Assembly: GCA_020438135.1 (NCBI GenBank)
Contig: JAGQVF010000025.1
Location: 2,108 to 66,107 of the forward strand
Length of the DNA: 64,000 bases
Direction: 5' to 3'
Source of the DNA: Bacteroidales bacterium
GTDB taxonomy: Bacteria > Bacteroidota > Bacteroidia > Bacteroidales > JAADJA01
Part shown: positions 17,633-26,033 of the stretch, in pieces
How positions within the stretch are numbered: the first letter of the stretch is position 1
Layout: each line of letters begins with the position of its first letter
Program-made: the position numbers and the translations under genes
The notes under the pieces: generated by a model
Databases searched by the model: none
What the model was told of the DNA's origin: nothing
Seen by the model: the letters and a program-made list of their open reading frames with translations, nothing else

Positions 17633-18307
17633 ATGAGAAGTGAATTTTTTAGTAAGATCCGGGAAAACAAGAAACAATTCTATTCAGAATTAAGGAAACC
17701 ACCAGCAGTCAGTCCGGTTTTTTCAGATGAACAATCATCCACAACCAGAACTGACCAAATCAAAGAACAGCTTCTAGAGCATAAAAGAAAATGGGTGCCG
17801 TTGATAAACAAGCATATCAGAAAATTGAGCAATATGGCTTCCAGGATTGGATTACAATCAAAACTGCATACACCAGGGTTAAAGATTACAATTCCCGGGG
17901 CTATAATTGAATGGAATCACAATGTATTAAAGAGGTTTAAAGCCAAAAACGAAATGTTTAGCAAAAGTGTGATCTATTTCATTCTTGTATTTTTTGGCGA
18001 AGAGGCTTTGCTGGCTGATATTGCCGGCTATCGATCAGGAAGTGTAAAGCAAAAAGTATCAGCGGGAATGGCTGTCAGATTACTTTCAGGAATCAGTCTC
18101 ACTAAGGTAAATGGTTTAAAAAATACTCAAGGCGCTCTGAAACGAAGTATTAATTCAGCCATGATTCGATTACTAAGTGAATTTGAAACAGAAAAGAATG
18201 GGTTAAACTGGTTTTCAAATTTCAAAACTGCCTTGCAACGATTTAGTTTAACAAGTTCCAATTCTTCTTCCTATGAGTCTGGGCTAAATAGAGTAAGAAG
18301 AATGTGA
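17633..18307 (+). CDS. Hypothetical protein
   Basis: 224 aa with a charged N-terminus and one hydrophobic segment (VIYFILVFFGEEALLADIAGY). I recognise no family. Confidence 0.45.
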   Translation: MRSEFFSKIRENKKQFYSELRKPPAVSPVFSDEQSSTTRTDQIKEQLLEHKRKWVPLINKHIRKLSNMASRIGLQSKLHTPGLKITIPGAIIEWNHNVLKRFKAKNEMFSKSVIYFILVFFGEEALLADIAGYRSGSVKQKVSAGMAVRLLSGISLTKVNGLKNTQGALKRSINSAMIRLLSEFETEKNGLNWFSNFKTALQRFSLTSSNSSSYESGLNRVRRM

Positions 18308-18368
18308 AATGCTATCACATATTTTAGCGGTTAACAGATTATTAACCAATCACAGGGCTTTTTTATAT

Positions 18369-18376
18369 TATTTTTG
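18369..18376 (+). promoter_or_regulatory. -7 promoter box TATTTTTG
   Basis: It lies 26 nt upstream of the 18402 ATG. Confidence 0.4.
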
Positions 18377-18401
18377 TAGGATAATAACCAACTAAAATAA
18401 T

Positions 18402-19406
18402 ATGAAAGCACTAAAAATCATCGTAATTATCCTCGTGGTAATATTAGCCATTGTTCTAATTCCACCATTGTTCATGCCTTCTGAAATGTATATTGAAGAA
18501 ACCCAGACTTTAACCGCTCAACCAGAGGTGGTTTGGGAACAGGTTAACTGTCTTGAGAATTGGGAAGCATGGGATTTATGGCATCAGGATACCAATATTG
18601 TAGGGCATTACGAAGGGCCTGCATGTGGCGAAGGAGCGAAAAATGTATGGACCTATAAAAATCGTGATGACGGAGGAAGTCAAACCATTGTGGAAAGCCG
18701 CCCATATGAATATATCAGGACTTTGCTCGATTTTCAGCAAATGGGAACGGCTCAGTCGGAATTTTTCTTTGAGCCGGTTGATGAAGGAACAAAAGTAACC
18801 TGGAATTTACGATCTGAAGGTGGTTATCCCATTATGCGATGGGTAAATACATTATTGGTCAAACCCGGTGTTACAAAAAGTTATAAAGAGGGGCTTGCTA
18901 ATCTGAACGAACTTACAGTGAATATGAAACCCGTTGCCAAATACAGCACGGGCGAGATCATGCTGAAAGAAGTTGAACCAATGAATGGTCTGGCGGTCAG
19001 AGCAGCAACAGATATGGAAGGTATGGGTGCTGCCATGGGTGCTTCTTTTGGAGCGATCATGGCACATATCAATAAAAATAATCTGCAAATGGCCGGACCT
19101 CCAAGGGCTGTTTGGTACAAATGGGACGGTCAGAATTTCGAATTTGATAATGTGATTCCTATCGCTGCAAAAGCAAAAGGTGATGGAGAAATAAAATCAA
19201 TTGAAACTTATGGAGGAAACGCGATTCATACTACACATATGGGTAGCTACGAATCTACACATCATTCGTGGGAAGCATTGGAAAAATATATGAAAGCAAA
19301 TAACTTTGAACCGGGAGGAGATCCTTTTGAAGTTTATATAACAGACCCGCAAATGGAACCTGATCAGTCGAAATGGATAACAGAACTTTACTGGCCGGTT
19401 AAATAA
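18402..19406 (+). CDS. Membrane-anchored SRPBCC-like plus GyrI-like (small-molecule-binding) two-domain protein
   Basis: There is an N-terminal TM helix. The first half looks like a START/polyketide-cyclase fold (VW..V...ENW..W). The C-terminal half ...HMGSYESTHHSWEALEKYMKANNFEPGGDPFEVYITDP... is typical of a GyrI-like effector domain. Confidence 0.65.
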   Translation: MKALKIIVIILVVILAIVLIPPLFMPSEMYIEETQTLTAQPEVVWEQVNCLENWEAWDLWHQDTNIVGHYEGPACGEGAKNVWTYKNRDDGGSQTIVESRPYEYIRTLLDFQQMGTAQSEFFFEPVDEGTKVTWNLRSEGGYPIMRWVNTLLVKPGVTKSYKEGLANLNELTVNMKPVAKYSTGEIMLKEVEPMNGLAVRAATDMEGMGAAMGASFGAIMAHINKNNLQMAGPPRAVWYKWDGQNFEFDNVIPIAAKAKGDGEIKSIETYGGNAIHTTHMGSYESTHHSWEALEKYMKANNFEPGGDPFEVYITDPQMEPDQSKWITELYWPVK

Positions 19407-19430
19407 CCAAACGGGACAGACAGAAAAATT

Positions 19431-19466
19431 AAAAAAGCCCGGCTTTTGAAAGAGTCGGGCTTTTTA
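19431..19466. terminator. Bidirectional Rho-independent terminator
   Basis: The stem AGCCCGGCT / AGTCGGGCT has 9 bp including one G-U. It is flanked by an A-run and a T-run and sits between convergent genes. Confidence 0.65.
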
Positions 19467-19467
19467 T

Positions 19468-20361
19468 TTACACTTTTGTTCTTTCTATCCAGATGTTACC
19501 TCCGGTGTTGTTATAACAGAGGGGAAGATCTTTAAAATAATCACTGTAGAATTTATGAATGTAATTTGAGAATAGTTTGATCCTGAAGCTGTCATTATAC
19601 ATCAGAAATGCCCTTAGCATATAGTCTTCATTCCAACTCCGGCCTTCATAAACCCAATCACGCGGATACTCGAATGTGGCAAAAACGTCATGAATATGAA
19701 CAAGTACACCCTCTTTCAGAATGGGTAATACCTCGAAAAATAAATAATTAACATCACTGCCGGTTTTCGAAACATGAGTGCTGTCAATAAAAAGCATATC
19801 GTTTTTCCCGAGTTTTTCGAAATAACTTAACGGAACTTCCTGTATGTCTTTTACAAGTACATCGTTGTCCTGCTTGTCTTTTTCCGACATCAGCGAAAAC
19901 AATCTCTCAGGATAAGGTTCAATAAATCCCAATTTAGTGTCGAGTTTAAATGCGTCCCTTGTATCCATCATAACAGCGGAACTGAATCCCGATCCAACTT
20001 CGATAATGTTTTTCGGTTTAAAATGACGCATCATGCAATATAACATGATCCCATCGGTATAGGTGTAAAAAGAGTTATCGAAATAATACCTCATTCCTTC
20101 CTTTTTGGCATCACCAAAAGGCATTTCCTCATAATATTTTCTGAAACCGGCCAACAGATCCTTCTGCTCATCCACATGAAGGTCGATACCTTTGATGTTT
20201 TTATCTTCTTTCCATATCTTATCCTCTCTTTGTTTTGCTTCATCTATATTGACCACCGGAGAATAATAATGTCCGGGAGGGACATAACAATATTTGCCTG
20301 CTGCTGAGAAGAATTTGGCGCCTTTCTTTGAGTTTTCAATAAAACCAGTCTTTTTACTCAT
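19468..20361 (-). CDS. Class I SAM-dependent methyltransferase
   Basis: 297 aa. IIEVGSGFSS is SAM-binding motif I. The N-terminal PPGHYYSPV block is common in this subgroup. Confidence 0.7.
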   Translation of the reverse strand: MSKKTGFIENSKKGAKFFSAAGKYCYVPPGHYYSPVVNIDEAKQREDKIWKEDKNIKGIDLHVDEQKDLLAGFRKYYEEMPFGDAKKEGMRYYFDNSFYTYTDGIMLYCMMRHFKPKNIIEVGSGFSSAVMMDTRDAFKLDTKLGFIEPYPERLFSLMSEKDKQDNDVLVKDIQEVPLSYFEKLGKNDMLFIDSTHVSKTGSDVNYLFFEVLPILKEGVLVHIHDVFATFEYPRDWVYEGRSWNEDYMLRAFLMYNDSFRIKLFSNYIHKFYSDYFKDLPLCYNNTGGNIWIERTKV

Positions 20362-20395
20362 AGAGATTTTGTTAGGTGAATTGATATTTAGTTGA

Positions 20396-20403
20396 CAAAA
20401 TTA
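20396..20403 (-). promoter_or_regulatory. -7 promoter box (TAATTTTG on the minus strand)
   Basis: CAAAATTA lies 35 nt upstream of the 20361 start. Confidence 0.35.
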
Positions 20404-20491
20404 CAATTTATTTATCCGGCTTTTGTTTTGATAACATTTTACCGCTCTTTCTTTTTTTGGTTTCCAAAAAATACGTTTTGACTTTGCCCGA

Positions 20492-22894
20492 CTAAAGGAT
20501 ATTAACTTTAATCCATTTTGCCTCTTTGCCGGATTTTAATTCCAGAAAATAAAGGCCTGTTTTCGAACCAATGTAAATTTCCGGGCTATTTCCAAATGTA
20601 TTTCTGAACGTTTTTAGCAGTTTTCCCTGGGATGTATATACAGAAACTTTATACGACTTTTCAGGATCCAATCCATTGATTTTTAATATACCCTTACCTG
20701 GATTTGGATATGCTGTAATTTCAGTATTGATTGTTAGTTGATCTTCAATATCCTCGGGCAATGTTCCAAAGACCGGGCTCCAGAAAGAACTATTCCCGAA
20801 GGTAGATGCGTAAAACCGCCAGTCGTTTGTTGTCTCAAATGCTCTTGAAAAGGCAGTAATATTTGAAGCAGGTAATCCGTCATTGAAAGGAGTCCAGTTT
20901 TGTCCATCTTCGGTAAAAAATACACCTTCCAGAGTAGTGGCAGCATACATTACATCACTGTTTACCGGACTGATTAAAAAATCACTGAACTTGCTATAAT
21001 TTTGAAGGGATACAAACAAAGAACTCCAGGTATTTCCACCATCATCTGATTGATAAATAGATCCGGGAATTCCACCGTAACCACCAACTCCGGCATAAAC
21101 GATATCACTATTTGCCGGATCAGTAACAACTGCACCACCCCATTTAGTTTCAGCCGGAATTCCTGTATTGATAGGTAACCATGTATTTCCGCCATCAATG
21201 CTTTTCATGATCACGCCATTCAACAGGTCTGATTTATAAGCTGCATATAAAACCTGATCGTTGGTACCCGGAACAATATGGATGTATTTAAAACTATCAT
21301 TTTCAGGACCCATAAAAATGTTTTCCCAGTTTTCGCCGCCGTCGGTTGTTTTGTATATCATCGATTCCCATCCGTTTGCTCCGAAATTGTTTCCACCGAT
21401 GTATATCAGATCGGGATCGGTTTCTGAGAGGGCAAGCGCAAAAATCTGGGTTTCGAACACCGGTCCGATAAAAGGTCCTGTATTTTCCCATGTTTCCCCG
21501 CCATCGGTCGATTTATATAACCCTTCCTGGGCAACTGTGGTAGGTCCGTTCGACCAGGCATACATCGTTCCATCAATTCCTACTGAAACTTTGGAGAATC
21601 GTGTAGCCGGTAAATTTTCAACCAATTGCCATTCTTGCCAATCGGGGTCGTATATATAACAACCTCCGGAATTTTCGGCTTCAAATCCGGAGATCAATAA
21701 ATCCGGATCATTTGGATCTATTTCGATATCATTCAAATCCAGCGACGCAATACCCTTTGAATTATCCATCCAGGTTTCACCACCATCCTCTGAATAACAT
21801 ACGCCCAAACTCAGAAAACCTGCTAAGATCACATCCGTATTTCCTGGCTCGAAAGTAAGGCATCTGGCCGAACCATTATCCCCTGAACCTGATGTATTGT
21901 AGGTCCAGGTTGATCCGCCATCTGTTGTAAAATAAACTCCATCTCCTTCAGTGGCCACAAAAATATTGTCACCATCATCCGGATTGATCAAAATATCGTT
22001 AACCACTTTGTTAGGGAATCCACTTGAGATATTTTGCCAACCCGTTCCAAAATCATCGCTTTTATAAAGTCCTAGCACATTTCCTCCAAAAAGCTGTCCG
22101 CCACCGATATAAACAGTTTCATCGTGTATTGCCACAACATTTAGCGGTTTGCCGCCCGGCAGATTTGAAGTTACATCCTGCCATGTAGCACCTCCATCAA
22201 ATGAAGCGATGACTTTTGCATTGCTGAAGCTCTCATTTCCAATCGCAAAAAGCGTTTCGCTGTTGTCAGGATCAATTGCAATACTCACACAACTCCAGCC
22301 AACCGGAAGGATTGAAGTCATATCGAAAAGCTCCCAGAAAGCTCCATAATCGGTTGATTTGGCGATTACTTTGTTTTGTGTTACACTGATGTTGGTTGAT
22401 AAACAAGCATATACCAATCCCGGTGCCGTTGGATCCGTTGCAATATCCAGGATACCTCCATTGTAAGGTATAATCTTTTGTTCCCAGGAGATGCCGCTAT
22501 CGGTGGATCTGTAAATTTTACCAAACATAGTATTTCCTCCGGCAATCATTACGTTTCCGGCAGATTCTATACAATGTATTCCTGAAGGGGCCAGGTTAAG
22601 CAAACTATTTATCAACATCCATTCATTGTCGATGCCTTGTTTTGCGTAGGGGTAGCCTGCAGCAGCAAACATCGAATCCGTATTGGTTGCGCTCACGGCA
22701 ATATCGAGAACATCACCGCCATACGGTCCATAGGAATACCATTCCATGTCTTTCTCCTCTGCCTTTGCATACTGATTGATTGATTTATAAACCTTTGTGG
22801 TATTACCGTGAAGATCCGTATTTAATGATGTTGATTGACTAAATAACGACAGGAAAAATATCGTTGAACTAAGCGTAATTATTAATTTTTTCAT
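20492..22894 (-). CDS. Secreted BNR/Asp-box beta-propeller repeat protein with a T9SS C-terminal sorting domain
   Basis: About eleven S/T-x-D-x-G-x-T/S-W Asp-boxes are present, for example STDSGISW, SFDGGATW, TTDGGSTW, SEDGGETW, STDGGETW, TTDGGENW, SIDGGNTW and SDDGGNTW. The C-terminus ITAYPNPGKGILKINGL...GLYFLELKSG...IKVNIL looks like a Por secretion tail. The start is taken at MKKLIITL (22894); the track start is 22969. Confidence 0.8.
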   Translation of the reverse strand: MKKLIITLSSTIFFLSLFSQSTSLNTDLHGNTTKVYKSINQYAKAEEKDMEWYSYGPYGGDVLDIAVSATNTDSMFAAAGYPYAKQGIDNEWMLINSLLNLAPSGIHCIESAGNVMIAGGNTMFGKIYRSTDSGISWEQKIIPYNGGILDIATDPTAPGLVYACLSTNISVTQNKVIAKSTDYGAFWELFDMTSILPVGWSCVSIAIDPDNSETLFAIGNESFSNAKVIASFDGGATWQDVTSNLPGGKPLNVVAIHDETVYIGGGQLFGGNVLGLYKSDDFGTGWQNISSGFPNKVVNDILINPDDGDNIFVATEGDGVYFTTDGGSTWTYNTSGSGDNGSARCLTFEPGNTDVILAGFLSLGVCYSEDGGETWMDNSKGIASLDLNDIEIDPNDPDLLISGFEAENSGGCYIYDPDWQEWQLVENLPATRFSKVSVGIDGTMYAWSNGPTTVAQEGLYKSTDGGETWENTGPFIGPVFETQIFALALSETDPDLIYIGGNNFGANGWESMIYKTTDGGENWENIFMGPENDSFKYIHIVPGTNDQVLYAAYKSDLLNGVIMKSIDGGNTWLPINTGIPAETKWGGAVVTDPANSDIVYAGVGGYGGIPGSIYQSDDGGNTWSSLFVSLQNYSKFSDFLISPVNSDVMYAATTLEGVFFTEDGQNWTPFNDGLPASNITAFSRAFETTNDWRFYASTFGNSSFWSPVFGTLPEDIEDQLTINTEITAYPNPGKGILKINGLDPEKSYKVSVYTSQGKLLKTFRNTFGNSPEIYIGSKTGLYFLELKSGKEAKWIKVNIL

Positions 22895-22918
22895 AAGGTT
22901 AAGTTTTATTGATTCAAA

Positions 22919-22926
22919 CAAAAATA
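22919..22926 (-). promoter_or_regulatory. -7 promoter box (TATTTTTG on the minus strand)
   Basis: CAAAAATA lies 25 nt upstream of the internal start at 22894 and so supports that start. Confidence 0.35.
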
Positions 22927-23113
22927 AGGATAAATGTGATGTTTTCGATCTTATGAACAGGTTATTCACATGTATTCAGGTAGTAAAAGAATGATCTTCA
23001 ATATTTATTTAAAACAAAAGGCACTTAGTTGCAATGGTTTATATTTTGGTTACGGTATGATTTAAGTTTTTTCCAACAATTTTAAATATTTGTTAATGTG
23101 TTGGTTTGTAGGT

Positions 23114-23129
23114 GTTAATCGAGATTAAC
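23114..23129. promoter_or_regulatory. Perfect 16-bp palindrome GTTAATCGAGATTAAC
   Basis: I read this directly from the sequence. A related 12-bp palindrome ACGATTAATCGT is at 23194..23205. Confidence 0.3.
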
Positions 23130-23339
23130 TGCATCCAATAATTTATAACCGTTTTAAATTGATCGGTTATTATTTTGTATATCAAACATATATACGATTA
23201 ATCGTGTAAGTGTTAATAAATCAACATCAAATCATGTAAATTTTGCATTTGAAATATGCTATACTTGCAAACAATACGTTCATTGAATTTTGAAAAAGAG
23301 ATCAATTATCCAGCAAATTATTTTGCACTATTTAACTCA

Positions 23340-23364
23340 ATCGAAACCGGAATATGGTTTCGAT
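23340..23364 (+). promoter_or_regulatory. 9-bp stem hairpin ATCGAAACC-ggaatat-GGTTTCGAT in the leader of the small cadherin-like gene
   Basis: It is a perfect inverted repeat 37 nt upstream of the 23401 ATG, with no trailing T-run. Confidence 0.3.
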
Positions 23365-23400
23365 AACTAATTAATTACTTGTTTCACTATAAAAGATCGA

Positions 23401-23784
23401 ATGATGAATAGTAGATTTCTTTTTATGGCAATTTTTGCCATTTTCGTTTCTGTCAGTGGTATACAGGCTCAAAATGTAACAACACATGAAGTTGTTTTTG
23501 ATACACTGAACATTTCTCTTTCGGATAATTTGACAAACAGCCACGGTGATATTTTTATCGGCCGAATGAGGGCTTATGATCCTGAAGGAAAACCTTTGGA
23601 ATTCCTGATCAATTCACAGGAATATAAAGATCTGTTTGAAATTGATTCCAGAGGAACGATCAAAGCAGACTACAGGAAATTATCAAGTTTATGTGCACAA
23701 GAAGAGTTTTTGGTGGAAGTTGCGGCTTCTGACGGGGTTCAGTTCTCAATCGGAACTGTTGTAATATATGTGCTATGTAAGTAA
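23401..23784 (+). CDS. Small secreted protein with a single cadherin-like repeat
   Basis: 127 aa. The signal peptide ends ..GIQAQ. The pattern ..YDPEGKPLEF.I......LFEIDSRGTIKA......EFLVEVAASDG....GTVVIYV follows the cadherin-repeat pattern. Confidence 0.5.
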   Translation: MMNSRFLFMAIFAIFVSVSGIQAQNVTTHEVVFDTLNISLSDNLTNSHGDIFIGRMRAYDPEGKPLEFLINSQEYKDLFEIDSRGTIKADYRKLSSLCAQEEFLVEVAASDGVQFSIGTVVIYVLCK

Positions 23785-23803
23785 CATTTAATCAGTTTTT
23801 TCT

Positions 23804-23835
23804 GGCCGGATCATTTTTTTGGTCCGGTTTTTTTA
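23804..23835 (+). terminator. Weak Rho-independent terminator
   Basis: GGCCGGA-loop-TCCGGTT has 5 Watson-Crick pairs plus 2 G-U pairs and is followed by TTTTTTT. Confidence 0.4.
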
Positions 23836-23882
23836 TGTTTACTCATTAAAAGGCCAAAAAAGTTTTGTCCCATACTTATGGT

Positions 23883-23890
23883 TAATTTTG
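23883..23890 (+). promoter_or_regulatory. -7 promoter box TAATTTTG
   Basis: It lies 44 nt upstream of the pyruvate kinase start at 23934. Confidence 0.4.
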
Positions 23891-23933
23891 CAAAATGATC
23901 CCATTCGATTTCGGGAGTTTAAATCAATGCACT

Positions 23934-25472
23934 ATGAAACAATCCTTTTTACTTACTAAAATCATAGCAACAGTTGGGCCGGCAAGCAGTGATACCGATA
24001 CTTTAAAAAATTTGGTTAAAAGTGGGGTAAGGCTTTTCAGAATAAATTTTTCACATGGTACATTTTCCCAATATCAGAACATTGTTGAGAATATTCGCAT
24101 GGTTGAAAAAGAACTGGATGAGTTTATTGCTGTTGTTGGCGATCTTTCCGGCCCAAAAATCAGGCTTGGAAAAGTTACCCGGGAGGGAATCAGAATCGAA
24201 GATCACCATCAAGTCAAATTTGTAAAACATGATATAACAGCAGAAAAAGGAGGTGCTGAAGTAACATTCTCTACAACCTATCCTGAGTTTATTGATGTTG
24301 TAAAACCCGGAGAAAGAATTTTGCTTGATGACGGAAATGTTAGATTGGTTTGTACGGAAATTCAGGGAGAACAGGAATCGAAAACCGTGGTTTGTAAGGT
24401 TGAAACCGGAGGTTTATTAACTACAGCCAAGGGAATTAATCTTCCTGATACGGATTTGACCGTTGAATCACTTACCCAAAAAGACCTGAAATGCATTGAT
24501 TTTGCAATTGAACACAAATTCGATTTTCTGGCTTTGAGCTTTGTCAGAAAAGCTGAAGATGTGTTAAAGCTGAAAGAAATTTTGAAAAAGGCAGGAGCGG
24601 GGACTTCCGGCAAAAAAGAGATTCATGCTGATCTCGGCTTGTCAGCTGATCCTGGGATAAAAGAAGATATTATTCCGGTTATCGCCAAAATTGAAAAGCC
24701 GCAAGCCATTGCCAATCTTGAGGAAATTGTGAAAGAGTCGGATGCTGTGATGGTTGCCAGGGGCGACCTGGGCGTTGAAATGGATCTGGCAGATGTGGCC
24801 ATTCTTCAAAAGCAAATTATTCGTATTTGTCATAAATTTGGAAAACCGGTAATTGTGGCAACACAAATGCTTCAAAGCATGATCGAATCCAAAACCCCGA
24901 CCCGTGCGGAAGTTTCTGACGTTGCCAATGCCATTTTTGATGGTGTGGATGCGGTTATGCTTTCTGGTGAAACGGCTGTTGGGAAATACCCTGTTGATGC
25001 TGTTAAAATTATGAATCAGATAGCTTCCAGGACAAACAACTACTTAAAAAAATCCGGGATTGTTTTTGAAAAAATGGAGAAATCAGAGATACGTAATGAA
25101 GACCCTGAAGCTATTGCACTGGGTGTACAAAGCATCTCAAACCATATAAACCCGGAATATTTGATTATCTGGACAAACAGAGGGGTAAGTGCCGTATACC
25201 TCTCACAACGAAGAATGCCCATGCCACTGCTGGCCTTCAGCTCGGTTGAAAACCGACTTCGGAAACTTACTTTGCTTTACGGTGTGAAACCAATTTTTAT
25301 GAAAATGCCAGGCTCAGGAAGTGCTTTTATTAAAAATGTGAATGATCATCTTTTGCAAAATAACTGGAGCAAAACCGGTGATCCGGTCGTTGTTATCTCA
25401 GGTGATCCGATCAACAGAAGGGGACTTGCCAACCGTATTGTGATTCATCACATCGGCGAAAACGGCGAATAA
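23934..25472 (+). CDS. pyk: Pyruvate kinase
   Basis: TKIIATVGPAS, FRINFSHG, IAKIEKPQA, VMVARGDLGVEM, ATQMLQSM and MLSGETA are canonical PK motifs. The start is taken at MKQSFLLTK; the track start is 23895. Confidence 0.9.
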   Translation: MKQSFLLTKIIATVGPASSDTDTLKNLVKSGVRLFRINFSHGTFSQYQNIVENIRMVEKELDEFIAVVGDLSGPKIRLGKVTREGIRIEDHHQVKFVKHDITAEKGGAEVTFSTTYPEFIDVVKPGERILLDDGNVRLVCTEIQGEQESKTVVCKVETGGLLTTAKGINLPDTDLTVESLTQKDLKCIDFAIEHKFDFLALSFVRKAEDVLKLKEILKKAGAGTSGKKEIHADLGLSADPGIKEDIIPVIAKIEKPQAIANLEEIVKESDAVMVARGDLGVEMDLADVAILQKQIIRICHKFGKPVIVATQMLQSMIESKTPTRAEVSDVANAIFDGVDAVMLSGETAVGKYPVDAVKIMNQIASRTNNYLKKSGIVFEKMEKSEIRNEDPEAIALGVQSISNHINPEYLIIWTNRGVSAVYLSQRRMPMPLLAFSSVENRLRKLTLLYGVKPIFMKMPGSGSAFIKNVNDHLLQNNWSKTGDPVVVISGDPINRRGLANRIVIHHIGENGE

Positions 25473-25493
25473 CCTAACTGCCTGGAATACGCA

Positions 25494-25940
25494 TCAAGTT
25501 CCATAACCACGGGCAACCATCACAGCCAGCAGCGGGATCAAAGCAACCAATAACAATTGAATTCTGATAAGCATCAGTGTTCTTTTTACCTTTTTCTCTT
25601 CAATTAGCGGTGTTTCCCCTTTTTTTACACTTTTCCGCCACTTCAGAAATAAAATAGTTGGCCAAATGGAGATGATCCCTACGATGATAAAAAGGGTTAC
25701 CTTGGTATGAAAGAACGGGTTACTCAGATAATAGTCGGCACCTTTGCCCCAGACAAACCACCTTAATAATCCGGTTACCAGAACCATCACTGCAGCGATA
25801 CCATAAATCAGGTCGACTGTAGCAAGGGTTTTTACCTGTTGGTTCGTAAGTTTGGGCTTAAGAATGAGGTGCTCAGCTATTAAACCGCCCATTAGTACCA
25901 TGATACTTAGAAAATGCAAATATGGAATTACGATTGTCAT
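25494..25940 (-). CDS. Small integral membrane protein (four predicted TM helices; DUF2214-like)
   Basis: 148 aa and hydrophobic throughout. YLHFLSIMVLMGGLIAEH resembles DUF2214 proteins from memory. Confidence 0.55.
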   Translation of the reverse strand: MTIVIPYLHFLSIMVLMGGLIAEHLILKPKLTNQQVKTLATVDLIYGIAAVMVLVTGLLRWFVWGKGADYYLSNPFFHTKVTLFIIVGIISIWPTILFLKWRKSVKKGETPLIEEKKVKRTLMLIRIQLLLVALIPLLAVMVARGYGT

Positions 25941-26033
25941 TTCAGAATATTTTAAGCAATCATAACAAGGTGAAATGGCTAATGTTCAAGAAAAAAACTG
26001 TTTTTTGCTTTTCCACGGGTGGGGATCATTTCA

